Below the pieces are notes generated by a model. That model did not search any database and had not been told where the DNA came from. It worked only from the letters and a program-made list of their open reading frames with translations. Of a stretch of 64,000 nt of DNA, positions 39,498 through 50,520 are shown piece by piece. Position 1 is the stretch's first letter. Each line of letters begins with the position of its first letter. This DNA comes from Lama glama (taxonomy: Eukaryota): assembly GCA_028534125.1 (NCBI GenBank), contig CM052819.1, forward strand, positions 53,878,001 to 53,942,000, in the 5' to 3' direction. The position numbers and the translations under genes are program-made.

Positions 39498-42254
39498 GAG
39501 GGGTTTAATCTTACATTCACATCCTCATTCCCACCACCTAGAACTTAAGTGTGATCTTCAAAGTTTAAAACAAGTGTTTACTTCTTCTTATAGCTGTACC
39601 TTATTTCTCCAACATCTTTTCTAAAAATAACCAATTTATTTCATATCCTGGATATCTGTTGAGTCAGGCAACCTCCCTTCTTGATAATTCCTCTGAAGTA
39701 TGGGGAATTCTTTAGTAGTTTCTATGCCTACACTCACTCCTTCTTTACTGAGGTCCTTCAACCCACATACTTCATAGCTTGTGACAAATCTCATCAGCAA
39801 GGGTACGCTGCTTTGCTTTTAAACTCTTTAGTCAGCTCATAGCCCTCTCTGTTCTGAATGAACACATCACTGCTAATATTGCACACTCAAGTGGTACTCA
39901 GGTTCGTCAGTCACCTTTCTGTTGCTCTTAATGATTTTGCTGATTGCCAAGGCAGAGACAGATCCTTGCACCTGCTTCTTGAATAGCTCTTTGTCTTCAG
40001 AAAATTTCCTGCAGTCTAGTGAATCATGCCACTTAAAATTTTTAATATACCCTACCTTATTTATATAATTATCATGTGCCTTTTCTTATTAGCACTCTCA
40101 ATACTTTCCTTGCTTTTGCATTTCTCAAATATTATGGGTTATTAATCTTTGTAAAACAGCTGGAAACCTAGACCCATAAAGCAAGTATGTAGCAGAATAT
40201 GGAAAAAAATGTGTTGACCTCACCACCAATGACAACAACTGATGTCCCCTGTTGATAGTGAGCCTAGCTTATGTATTTTTACCTTGTTCTTAGTTTTATT
40301 ATCATGTATGAATGCTGTTTAGTTGTAGAATCTCAGTATGACTTTAACACATACCCAGAAGTATTATCTCCTACAGTTAAATCCTTACATTTTACACATG
40401 AAAAAAAGAGAGAGAGGTTGAAAGAGGGGAGTAATGGATTTCTGATCACATAATTTAAACTTCAATGAATATGAGAAGCAGAATCAGATAATATGTGAAG
40501 ATTTTCTAGATGTCCATCAGTCTGCCCCATCAACTTGTCATAACTACATTTTATTTTCTCCGGCCCAGCTTCTCCTAGTCCCTTAAGAAAATACTATGCT
40601 TGCTTCACTCACAGGAGAAAGTGTAGAGAGAGATTCACCTGGAGACACATGGGATATGGTGTGGATTTGTGTCTATTTCATCAATTCTTAGGCTTTGGGT
40701 TATGGGGGAAAATGAGAGAAGCTGAACACATCTATATGAACAAGATCGATGAAAAAGAAAAGGGGAAAATGTTGGGGTCAGGTGAGATAGAAGGACTCTA
40801 AAGAAGCTGAGAATCCAGCACTAATTAGGTGGAAAGAGAGCCATTTCTGAGTTAGAGCCAATTATTCCTACCATCACTGAATATTCCAAAAACCACGGAA
40901 TAAATTTTATTGTGCAAAGTGCCACTTTTCAGACTTTTATTTGATATATCCCTAATGTCAGTGGAAAGAGAAGTTTCATTCCTGGGCCTGGGGATGAAGC
41001 CCAAAGAAAAACATTTCTGTTACCTTTAAAAGGTATCAGGTTAAACCGTATGCAGTTGCCATGGTTAGAGGCCAAACATGGTTGAATATTGACAATTGCA
41101 TAAAGGTCAACCCAGAATAAGAACTTTGCTTTCTATTTGCAATAGACATGTGTTTATTTGAATATAAAGACAGGATTTTGAATTCCTTATCTTTGACTAG
41201 AGTTTGTGGACAGGGAAGAGCTGGCGATCTGAGTTGCCTCTGGCAGTTTGAAGGTGAAAAAAAAGCAGCAAACCTCTCAGAGACACCAAACTAGGCAGCT
41301 TAAGAACCACCAGGGAGGCGCCGGCTTGTTTCCAAATCAAACTTGCTGGGGGGGTTGGCAGGATGCTAAGAGATCGGGGTATAAGAATGAGCCAAATAAA
41401 GTCCCTTCTTACAATCTGATCCCCTAATTATTTCACTCCTGTCCCCTTCACAGCACTGAGTATGCCCTGTGTCAACCATTCCTAAGAAAAGTTTAGAGTT
41501 TTCAGAAACAAAAGTTAAACTCATGAGAGCCAGGAACGTCTATTTTGTCTTGATTGCTTCTTCATGTGTGTGAGCGTGAGTGCAAGTGTGGCAGGGGAAC
41601 TTCCCCATGGGGGATCACGCTTTGGATCATGCTTTCCTGGAATAATGAAAGCAAAGGATGGAAAGCAAAGAGTTAGAAATCAACACTAGCTCTACACACT
41701 TTGTAAGATGCTAGAAACTTTCCATCTTTCCCATGTAATTTCTGTTAGCCAATATCTGTGCCCTATTCTGGTTGATAGTAAAACATTTAAAATTAGAGCT
41801 CTGGTGACTTGTCCAAGGGATAGAGTGGGAAATGGTGTTGAGCTTTAGAAAGAGACAGTAGGTTAAGTTCTTTGAGGTCTAAGGCAATGGAGATAAAAAA
41901 GACGTTAGGTCTGAGAACTTACTGTTAGAAAGGTGCACGTAACAGGAAGAGGGTTCCTGAAAAGCCCTAATAGAAGGGCATGAATGCTTCCCCAGATTCT
42001 GTGGTCACAAAAGTGAAAGTGCGTGGATGTTGCCGGCTGTGTGGGTGAGAGCCTCGAGGACTAATGAGTCAAACCTATACAGGAAAGAGCAGAGCATCCT
42101 TACACAGACTCTTGCGTCCTATAACCACACACACAGGTGTCCATAAAAGGGTAGAGAAGGGCAGCCTCATGGAAGGAGAAAAGGAGAATTTGAAGCCCAG
42201 CTACTCAGGTCCAAAGCTATGGAATGGGAGGAGTAGGATAGACAAATGTGCTGG

Positions 42255-42543
42255 GATGCTGGGTTGAACAGTGTTCCTTCAAAATTCACCTCCCCCTGGG
42301 ATCCACGATTGTGGCCTGATTTGGAATAAGGTCTTTGTAGATGTAATCAAGCTGAGATGAGGTCACACTGGATTAGGCTGGGCCTTAAATCCAATGGCTG
42401 GTGCCTTTACAAGGACAAGAGAGGTTCGGAGACGTGAAAGACAGACACACAGAGGCAAGGAGGTCATGTAACGATGAAGGCAGAGATGAAAGTGATGTGG
42501 TTGCATGCCAAGCAACACCAAGGACTGTCAGCAAGAAATCAGT
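42255..42543 (+). mobile_element. 3'-truncated MLT1B/C LTR (part of a local duplication)
   Basis: 'gggttgaacagtgttccttcaaaattca...ggtctttgtagatgtaatc...gatgaggtcacactggattagg...taaatccaatg...gccaagcaacaccaagga'. Confidence 0.85.
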
Positions 42544-43016
42544 CACTGGTTACCTTCTAAAGGTCCAAAGTAATTCAGGAAGTGGGCTTTTCTATTTCTC
42601 TTCCTTTTTTCCCACTCAAATCTTAAAGAAGGGGACGACATCAAGAAAATACTTTACCTACTCCAGGAGTCATATCGGACATTATGTATTCAAGTCCTTC
42701 TTTTATTTCCAAATGAGTTCTTCTTGATCTTTGGGTAAAATCTGATCCTTTTCCTTTAATACGTTTTTCTTGGTCACTACCAGGACTTTAGGAAGAGCTC
42801 TCATTTGATTTTTAAAAGATAGTTAGCACACTGGATATCTATACAAAAGTAATTTTTTACCTCAGCGAAAAGAGTGTAGTCAGCAGATAATTCACTCTTG
42901 TGGCTTTTCATTAGCTAACTCTCCCTCGGGGCAATTTAGAGGTTAAGGCCCTCCTCATCCACTTTCTTAGCTGCTGTTAGAATTACTGGTAAATTTTACC
43001 AGGCAAGGGGGAAACA

Positions 43017-43020
<4 letters not shown>

Positions 43021-43052
<32 letters not shown>
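43021..43052. repeat. (CA)16 microsatellite
   Basis: Perfect CA run. Confidence 0.97.
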
Positions 43053-43056
<4 letters not shown>

Positions 43057-43769
43057 ACTCTCACCACTACTAACCCTTGTAATTGAGGATTACACATTTA
43101 TTAAGTGTCTCATATGTTACTCATTTTAGTATATTATTTAATCCTCTCAACAATCCTATGAGTTAGAGCTCAATTCTATGTCAATAGGGAAAAAAACACG
43201 AGTTTGGAGACATTAAATAATTTCCCTCAAATCACACAGTTAATAAATGGCAAAGGTTTGTCACAGTCTTTGGGACTCCAAAGTCCATTACTTTTCTGCT
43301 CTGGCCTTAAAACATTCCTCTCCTTTAATCTCACGCAGAGGGTTAAAAAATCTCAACCATCATTATGACTCCTGGGATTAAGAGGGTCTAAAAGGAAATG
43401 CAAATACTTCATCTACCGAGGGCAACACATGACCCCACTGCTATCCTGGTTTTCGTAATTTTTTTAAATGCAATAAAATTGTACCCAGAACCTACTTGTA
43501 TGATAGAAACACATTTTATGAATGTTGATGTACTTGGTAATATCAAATGCATAGCACTTGCTTAGTATAAAGAAGTGAGCTATTTTTATAAACAAGAAAA
43601 TTTGAAATTAAGAGTAAAGATGACATTTGAATTTTTTATCAGTTTGACTGTTAATGGAACACAAAATATTTGCATGCCCCCTAAAGCACCTTCTGAAAAT
43701 TATTACTTTAGCACCTTTCCTTCCTCTTTTCAAAATATGCTGTCTTCTCATAAGATCCAGACACTGAGG

Positions 43770-44455
43770 GAATGAGTAAGGGATCCTGCTCTTAAGAGCT
43801 TGTGTTTTAGTCAAAAGAGAAGTAGCATGATCACAAATAATGTAAGGATGAAAATTGTTCCAATGAAGTACAAAATATTAGGGGAGTTTGGAGCAGGGGT
43901 ATCTATTCTGGTTGGGTGCGAGGTGGGGACCTTTGTAGACTTTGAAAAAGAGGCAGCTTTTCAAGAGTGGTGGAAAAAATACATGCTGTGATCAAGAGAA
44001 TGGCTTTAGATGGAGAGAAAGACACGATGAAGGAGGAAAAGGGCGGATGATAGAATTAAAGGCCACTTCCAGTTTTGCGTGGAGGAGTGCTGTGTTGGTG
44101 TGACTGGACAGGAGAGTTGGCTTCGGTGGAAAAGTCTGTGAACGTCCTTCTGAGGAAGTGTGGCTCCTCTGCTATAGCAATGGAAGCCATCAAAAAGATT
44201 TTTGAGCAGGGGAGTGAAAAGAACCAAACTGTCCTTTTTATGAGGTTAGTCAGACAGCAGGCTTTGGTGGAACACAGATTGAAGGAGGAGAACTAATTGT
44301 CGAGGAGAACTAATTTTCAAGGAGAACAATGAGGATGATCATCATGACCCCAGTGAGAAGGATCGTTCTGGGGGAAGGGTTCTTCATGATGAGGGCAGAG
44401 GGCAGGAGATAAGGTCCAAAGCTATGGGGTGGAAGGAGTAAGGATAGAGAGGTGT
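43770..44455 (-). mobile_element. Degenerate L2 fragment
   Basis: 'atcctgctcttaagagctt', 'gcaatggaagccatcaaaaagatttttgagcaggggagtga'. Confidence 0.7.
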
Positions 44456-44459
44456 CCTG

Positions 44460-44920
44460 GGGTGCTGGGTTGAACAGTGGTCCTCCAAAATTCACCTCCC
44501 TCTGGGATCCATGATTGTGGCCTGATTTGGAATAAGATCTTTGTAGCTGTGATCAAGTTAAGATGAAGTCATAATGGATTAGGTCGAGCCCTAAATCCAA
44601 TGACTGGTGACCTTACAAGGGCAAGAGCGATTTGGAGACATGAAAGGACAGACACAGAGGGAGGAAGGCCATGTAACGATGAAAGTAGAAATGAAAGTGA
44701 TGTGGTTGCATGCCAAGGAACACCAAGGATTGTCAGCAACCATCAGTAACGAGGAANNNNNNNNNNNNNNNNNNNNNNNNNNNNNNNNNNNNNNNNNNNN
44801 NNNNNNNNNNNNNNNNNNNNNNNNNNNNNNNNNNNNNNNNNNNNNNNNNNNNNNNNNNNNNNNNNNNNNNNNNNNNNNNNNNNNNNNNNNNNNNNNNGTA
44901 TCTCTAGGAAATGAATCCAC
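44460..44920 (+). mobile_element. MLT1B/C solo LTR spanning a 141-N gap (44757-44897)
   Basis: Same 5' part as the copy at 42255. After the gap, 'ctctaggaaatgaatcca' resembles the MLT1 end 'ccctaggaaactaataca'. Confidence 0.85.
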
Positions 44921-46744
44921 TTGGCAAACCTTAGAGAGGATGACACCCTCAGGGTCAAGGAGAGATTTATAAGAATTCGGTATAAACAGAGAGAGAGCAC
45001 CTTTCTATGCCAAATTCCATAGTGGGCCTTTGTCAGGGGCACAGAGGTAAACGAGGCATTGCCTCTAACTCAAGAATCTTACATACTAATTAGTGGAGAC
45101 CATGAATAATCAATGAAAGAGACTGTAATCATGGGAACAGATGAAGAAATTGACCTTCAAAGGACAGAAGGTATGTACTAAAATCCACAGGGCTATAAAG
45201 TGCCAGAACTGGGCTTGAACCCATCTCTCCTGCCTTCCAGTCTCATTCTGAAGACAGATTTTCACAGGAGAGAAAAGTGAACCAGAGAGCACTGTGGAAT
45301 GGAGGAAGAGGCTTAGAAAAAAAGAGGCTAGGGCATTCCAAGAACCAGCCTCTGACTTTTTTTTTTTTTTAAAAAAACTCTGTTCCAAGATAGAAACATG
45401 ATGATTTGCAGGGAGATTCTCAATGCCCCAGGCCCCTAACTTCCCTAGTGTCTGAGAATGCTGTCCTATTTTATCTAAATCTCCAAAGACTGACAACGAT
45501 GACTTCATTATTTTGACCATTTTAATCTCAGCTGCTAAAAGAATAAAACTTGGAATAAGTAGGTCACCACAAATTCAGAACAAATGTGTCAAGAAGCTCT
45601 AGGCTTAGAGAAAAACTAGAAGGGCGAGCCAATGGAGATAGATAACTGCTACTTTGGGAAAGGCATTTGATACATGTTCTCATCATACAATAATATTATA
45701 AACTGGATTTGGGAGGGAAAAAACCACCATGCTGGTCATTTAAGTTCATCTCTCAAAGGACTAAAATAAGAACCATTCAGAAAGAAGAGATCTGGATGAC
45801 CAAGACATGTCTCAGTGTCTCTGGTCAAGGAACACGCTTCCTGGCGTCTACACTCATAGACATGCTGAAGATGGAATCACTTTCACTTATTTATTTAGAG
45901 AATTGAGGTAGAGCTTCAGAAGGTACTGTCTCGCTTAATTCTCAACCTTAGAGATCTCACTCAACTTTTGATTTGAAAGATTATGTAGCTGATTCCCCCA
46001 GAGAGGGGAAATGACTTGCTCAAAGTAAATTAACACCAGAGGAAATCACATGAAAAACACTTGGAGAGATGTTTGGCTTACTCACGAAAGAAATAGAAAA
46101 CAAAGCAATCTCGTGACATTATTTCACATCTCCCGAGTCATCCAAAATTAAATATTTTACATATATAATTTTATTTTTTTCTCCCAATGATGATCAGGTA
46201 AGGAAAGAGACACAGTCATACAAGATATAGCAAATACATTAAATTAGGAAGAGTCTTTTCAAAGACAATCTGCTAATTTAAACCATGAGTCATAAAGATG
46301 GTCCTCCCCTGTGACTCAATAGTCTAATTTCTGAATTTATATTCTAAGGACTTGTAAATTTTAAAAAAAGAATATATTTGTTCAAAGATTTTTTAGAAGA
46401 GTGTGATTCAGAATTTGAGACTTCTAAGGTCATGTAGTCTGAGCTCTTTCAAAATCACACGAGCAAAGGGAGACCAGCAGAGAAATGATTTTCCAAGGTT
46501 CTGAGCCAGGGTCAGCATCTAAGGTTCCTGTCCAAGAACCTTTCTATTATGCTCTGAAGCATTTCAGTGAAAAGTGAAATACAACCCAGATCTCCTCAAA
46601 TCAAAGAGCTAGTTGAGCATATTGTTAAAAGAGCCTGGTTTTCTGGGTTCAAATCTTGGCTCCAGCAGTTACTGGCTGAGTGGTTTAGGGCAGGAACTTA
46701 ATCTCGGTTCCATCAGCCAAACCAGTGCAATAAGAGAATCTCTT

Positions 46745-47236
46745 GTGTGTTCCTTGTTGCTGCCACAGCGGGTTTATGTGGGCTCTGACTGCCTCCGTGA
46801 CTTTGTGCAGGCAAACGACAGAGCGCCTAGCCTTGAGCCCTCATGCCTGCCTCTTGTCACCTATCCTGAGGCTTCCCTGCTGAGACTTAGGTGTGATATG
46901 TGCCAACCCGGAAGTGTGCGTGGTTAAAGTCTCATGGGGCAGCTAGGACCTGTGCATAAACAGTTTCTCCTTTCTCCCCTTGTATGACTGTCTGAGATGC
47001 AGTTGATGCAGCTTTTTGCAGGGTGGTCTCATGGGAGGACAGCCTTGTGAGATGGAGCAATCTATCACTTATGATGGTAACCAGCTTGGTAACGCACCTT
47101 CAGATTGACTCTTCCCCCTTCTGTGCCTCATTTCACTTCCCCCGCACCCCTGCTCCCTTGGGATTACACCTTGAATAAAGTAGTCCATGGAACCCTTGGC
47201 TTCAGGCTCTCTTTCTTTTGAAGCCAGACTAAGACA
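46745..47236 (+). mobile_element. LTR16-like (ERVL) solo LTR inserted into a MIR
   Basis: 'caacccggaagtg', 'gctcccttgggattacaccttgaataaagta...cttggcttcaggctctctttct...actaagaca'. MIR halves lie at about 46615-46720 and 47240-47350. Confidence 0.75.
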
Positions 47237-48204
47237 GATGGTACCCACTTTGGCGGATTATAGGGAAGAAACATTAAGTGAGTAAAAACAGGTGAAGTGC
47301 TTAGAACCGTGCCTGACATATAGTAATTACTTTGTGAGTAGGAGCTATTTTTATCTACTGTATCACTGTGTAGTGCTGCAAAATCACAAGTATTTAGACT
47401 GTGTTGCTACATGGAGAAATGTATGTGAAATAATGTTAAGCAGAAACCAGAGCACTGGGAAGCAAGCATCATATGGATTATAACTCCATAAAAATTGTAT
47501 TTACAACCTGATGATAGAAGAGATGACACAGTTGTGGAATTGTGACTCTACATTGGGGAAGAGGTGCTGTGTTTATGCTTCCCCAGAGGTGGTTACTTAT
47601 CCAAAGTGGAGTTTAAATAAGCAGAATGGATACAGTCTCCTGGAGACTCTACACACACCTCTGCTCAGAAATTCAATCCAGGGCTTGTAACTTCTCATAG
47701 TTGGAAAATCCTTCCATGCAGAACTTTTATTTTTTTATAGTGCAGTCTTAGCCAATTTCCTTTAATTTGCTGTTTATGAAGATTGGAAACCACAAGGCGG
47801 TAGCTGTGATGAAACAACTTGTTCTACCTGCGAACAGGGCTCTCTGTTTCTACTTCTCATGGGGCTGTGATGCGGCAGGCGCCTATCCCTGACTCAGGGC
47901 CCAACCTCCTCTGCATTGGGTCCTCAGCACATCATCAGCTCAGCAAGAGACTTAGAATGACTTCTCCCCTCTCCTCTCAATCCAGTTGGAGTCTAGGCTA
48001 GGAAGAGGTGATGTGCAAATTAGGAGGGCTGAAGCCCTGGACTTGGCTTCTTAAGAATCTCACTTACCTCACCTGTGCGCAGAGAACAGCTTACTGTGAG
48101 CAAGGGACTTGTTTCCACGGGGATAGGAATTGGGGAGATTCATTTTATTCCCTCTCCCCATTTGTTCGTCTGGAAGCCCGTGGCCTTTGGCCACGTGACC
48201 TGTC

Positions 48205-48735
48205 TCGGTTTAAACTCTCTAATGGCTTCCCAAGGCACTTAGAATTAAACCCAGTTTCCTGTCTTGATTACAAAACCATTCTTCAACCTGCCCCTGTTAC
48301 CTCTCAGCCCTTATTTCTTACCTCTCTTCCTGGCTCGCTCCTTTCTAACTACACAATCTTTCTTTTTTGTCTCTCAGATGCATCAGGCTTGTATTCATCT
48401 AAATCTCTTCAGACTAACAGTTCAGAATACTCTTTCCCTTGATGTTCACCCATCCAAGATTTCTTTTTGTCATCACCAGCTCTCTTCAGAGAGGCACTCC
48501 CTGGCCGTGCAGTCTAAGATCCCTGAGTCACTCTTTGACACATGACCCAAGTCCGGTTCTCTGGAGAATAGCCATCCCATCTCGTTCTTGCATCTAGTTG
48601 TTATTTGTTTGCCATATGGCATAAACCTCACATGAAGAAGAATCATGTTTGTCCTGTTCTTCTGTGCTTCCTCAGAACCTATAACGGTGCCCAACACAGC
48701 ACGCTCGATGCTCAATAGATACATAGCGTGAATGT
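48205..48735 (+). mobile_element. L2 3' end
   Basis: 'aatggcttcccaaggcacttagaattaaacc...tcagagaggcactccctggcc...tttgtcctgttcttctgtgcttcctcagaacctataacggtgcc...gctcaatagata'. Confidence 0.8.
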
Positions 48736-49014
48736 ATTATACATAGTAAGTGTGTTTAGCAGGCATTTCCAGGTGGGTCAGGCAGAGGAAAAGCTGTAAA
48801 AGACAGCCTTTCTTTTTTCTCTCGAGCTGGAAAGTAGGCCTGATACATTACTTTTCTACCTCTTCGTACACAGCACTCCCTAAATGTTATTAACACCTTT
48901 CTGGTAGCAAAGGAAAAGAGGGCACTGAGGCTGACCCACCTGTGCCATGCAGTTTGTTGGCTCAGAATGGGAACTGGTTGGAGAATCACGCACAGCTCCA
49001 GACTCTAAGAATTA

Positions 49015-49146
49015 NNNNNNNNNNNNNNNNNNNNNNNNNNNNNNNNNNNNNNNNNNNNNNNNNNNNNNNNNNNNNNNNNNNNNNNNNNNNNNNNNNNNNN
49101 NNNNNNNNNNNNNNNNNNNNNNNNNNNNNNNNNNNNNNNNNNNNNN
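49015..49146. other. Assembly gap (132 N)
   Basis: Run of N. Confidence 0.99.
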
Positions 49147-49381
49147 GGCAATTCAGTGAAGAAAGAATGGTGGTTTCAACAAATGAGGGTGGAACAATTG
49201 GACATCCCTAAGCAAAAACAGGAATTTTGACCTAAACTTCATACCTTATACCAAAAAAAAAAAAAACCACCTCAAAATGAATCATAGAGCTAAATGTAAA
49301 ACATAAAACTATAGAACTTCAGCAGAAGTCATAGGCGATATATATATGTATTTTGATCTGGAGCTGGGTAGAGTTCTTTTT

Positions 49382-49615
49382 TGGCAGTTGAAACTAATGG
49401 AAATTTGTTATCTTACATTTCTGGAAGTCAGAAGTCTGAGTTTGGGCTAAAATCAAGATGTCAGCGGGATGCAATCCTTCTGGAAGTTCTAGGAGTGAAA
49501 CTGTTTCCGTGCCTTTTCCGGCTTCTAGAGGATTCCTTGGCTCGTGACCCCTTCCTCCATCCTCAAAGCCAGACTGTAGCATTTTCCACTCTTTCTCCCT
49601 CTTTCTGCTCCTGCC
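49382..49615 (-). mobile_element. MLT1 (D/E-like) LTR fragment nested in the L1
   Basis: 'ttctggaagtcagaagtctgag...ggctaaaatcaagatgtcagc...ccttctggaagttctagg...ccttttccggcttctagagg...ttccttggctcgtgacccc'. Confidence 0.8.
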
Positions 49616-50394
49616 CCTGCCCCTTTAGTCAGAGAGTTAAACATGACACCATAAGCATGCTCCACACACACACACACAAATCGATACATTAGATAAATAG
49701 AATTTAATCAAAATTAAAAACATATATATTTTGACTTCATCAAAAATAAAAACTATTAAGATAATGGAAGACAAGTGAATGAATGAAAATATTTGTAAAC
49801 CCTATTTCTGACTTTTATTTGGACTCTATAAAGAACTCTTAAAACTCAATTGTAACAAAACAAATGACTCAATTTAAAAAATGGGCAAAAAATTTGAACA
49901 GACCCTTTGCTGGAGAGGAAATACTGATGACAAATAAGCACATGAAGAGGCTGAAAAACGGAAAGTAAGCCTCCATGAGGTACCCCTGCACACCTACTAG
50001 AATGACTAAAATTTTTAAAATTTAGAAAAACAACAACAAGTAACACTACCCAGTCTTGATGAGGATGTGGAGCAACTGAAACTCTCTTGTAATTACTGGA
50101 GAGAAGGTAAAAATGATACAGTCATTCTGGAATATAGTTTGGCAGTTTCTTATAAAATTAAGCAAACATTGACCCTAAGGAGATGAAAACTTATGTTCAC
50201 ACAAAGCTGTACATAAATGTGTATAGCAACTCTGTTTATAACCACCTCGAACTGAAGACAATCCAAATTTCTTCCAACAGATGAATGAATAAACCAAATG
50301 CAGTGTATCCATGTATCAGCAGTAAAAAGGAACAGACGGGGAAGCAGCAAAATGAAGGAAGCTCAAAGGCATTATACTGACTGAAAGACACCAT

Positions 50395-50520
50395 TAAAAG
50401 AAAAACTGGGGGCAATGGGAGGTAATTAGTTTCCTTTATTTTTAATAGCAGTAAGGGGGATTGAACCCAGGACCTTGCGCATGCTAGGCATGTGCTTTAC
50501 CACTGAGCCACACCTGCTCC
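50395..50520 (-). mobile_element. Older vic-1-type SINE nested in the L1
   Basis: 'gggaggtaattag...gggggattgaacccaggaccttgcgcatgctaggcatgtgctttaccactgagcca'. TSD ctgaaaga(ca/tg)ccat at 50381-50394 and 50521-50534. Confidence 0.88.

Noticed and set aside
41306-41322. CTCF-like sequence ccaccagggaggcgcc (also acatcagggggcgt near 2939)
   Set aside because: Spacing or key positions deviate from the CCASYAGRKGGCRS core; cannot be supported without a PWM scan or ChIP data.
42255-44920. Full MaLR provirus bounded by two MLT1 LTRs
   Set aside because: The interval holds a CA repeat, a MIR and an L2 rather than MaLR internal sequence. The left LTR is truncated and homology extends outside the LTR.
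21622-49146. Shared motif at the edges of the six N runs (two end at GCWGC)
   Set aside because: The other gap edges do not share it; consistent with ordinary short-read scaffold gaps.
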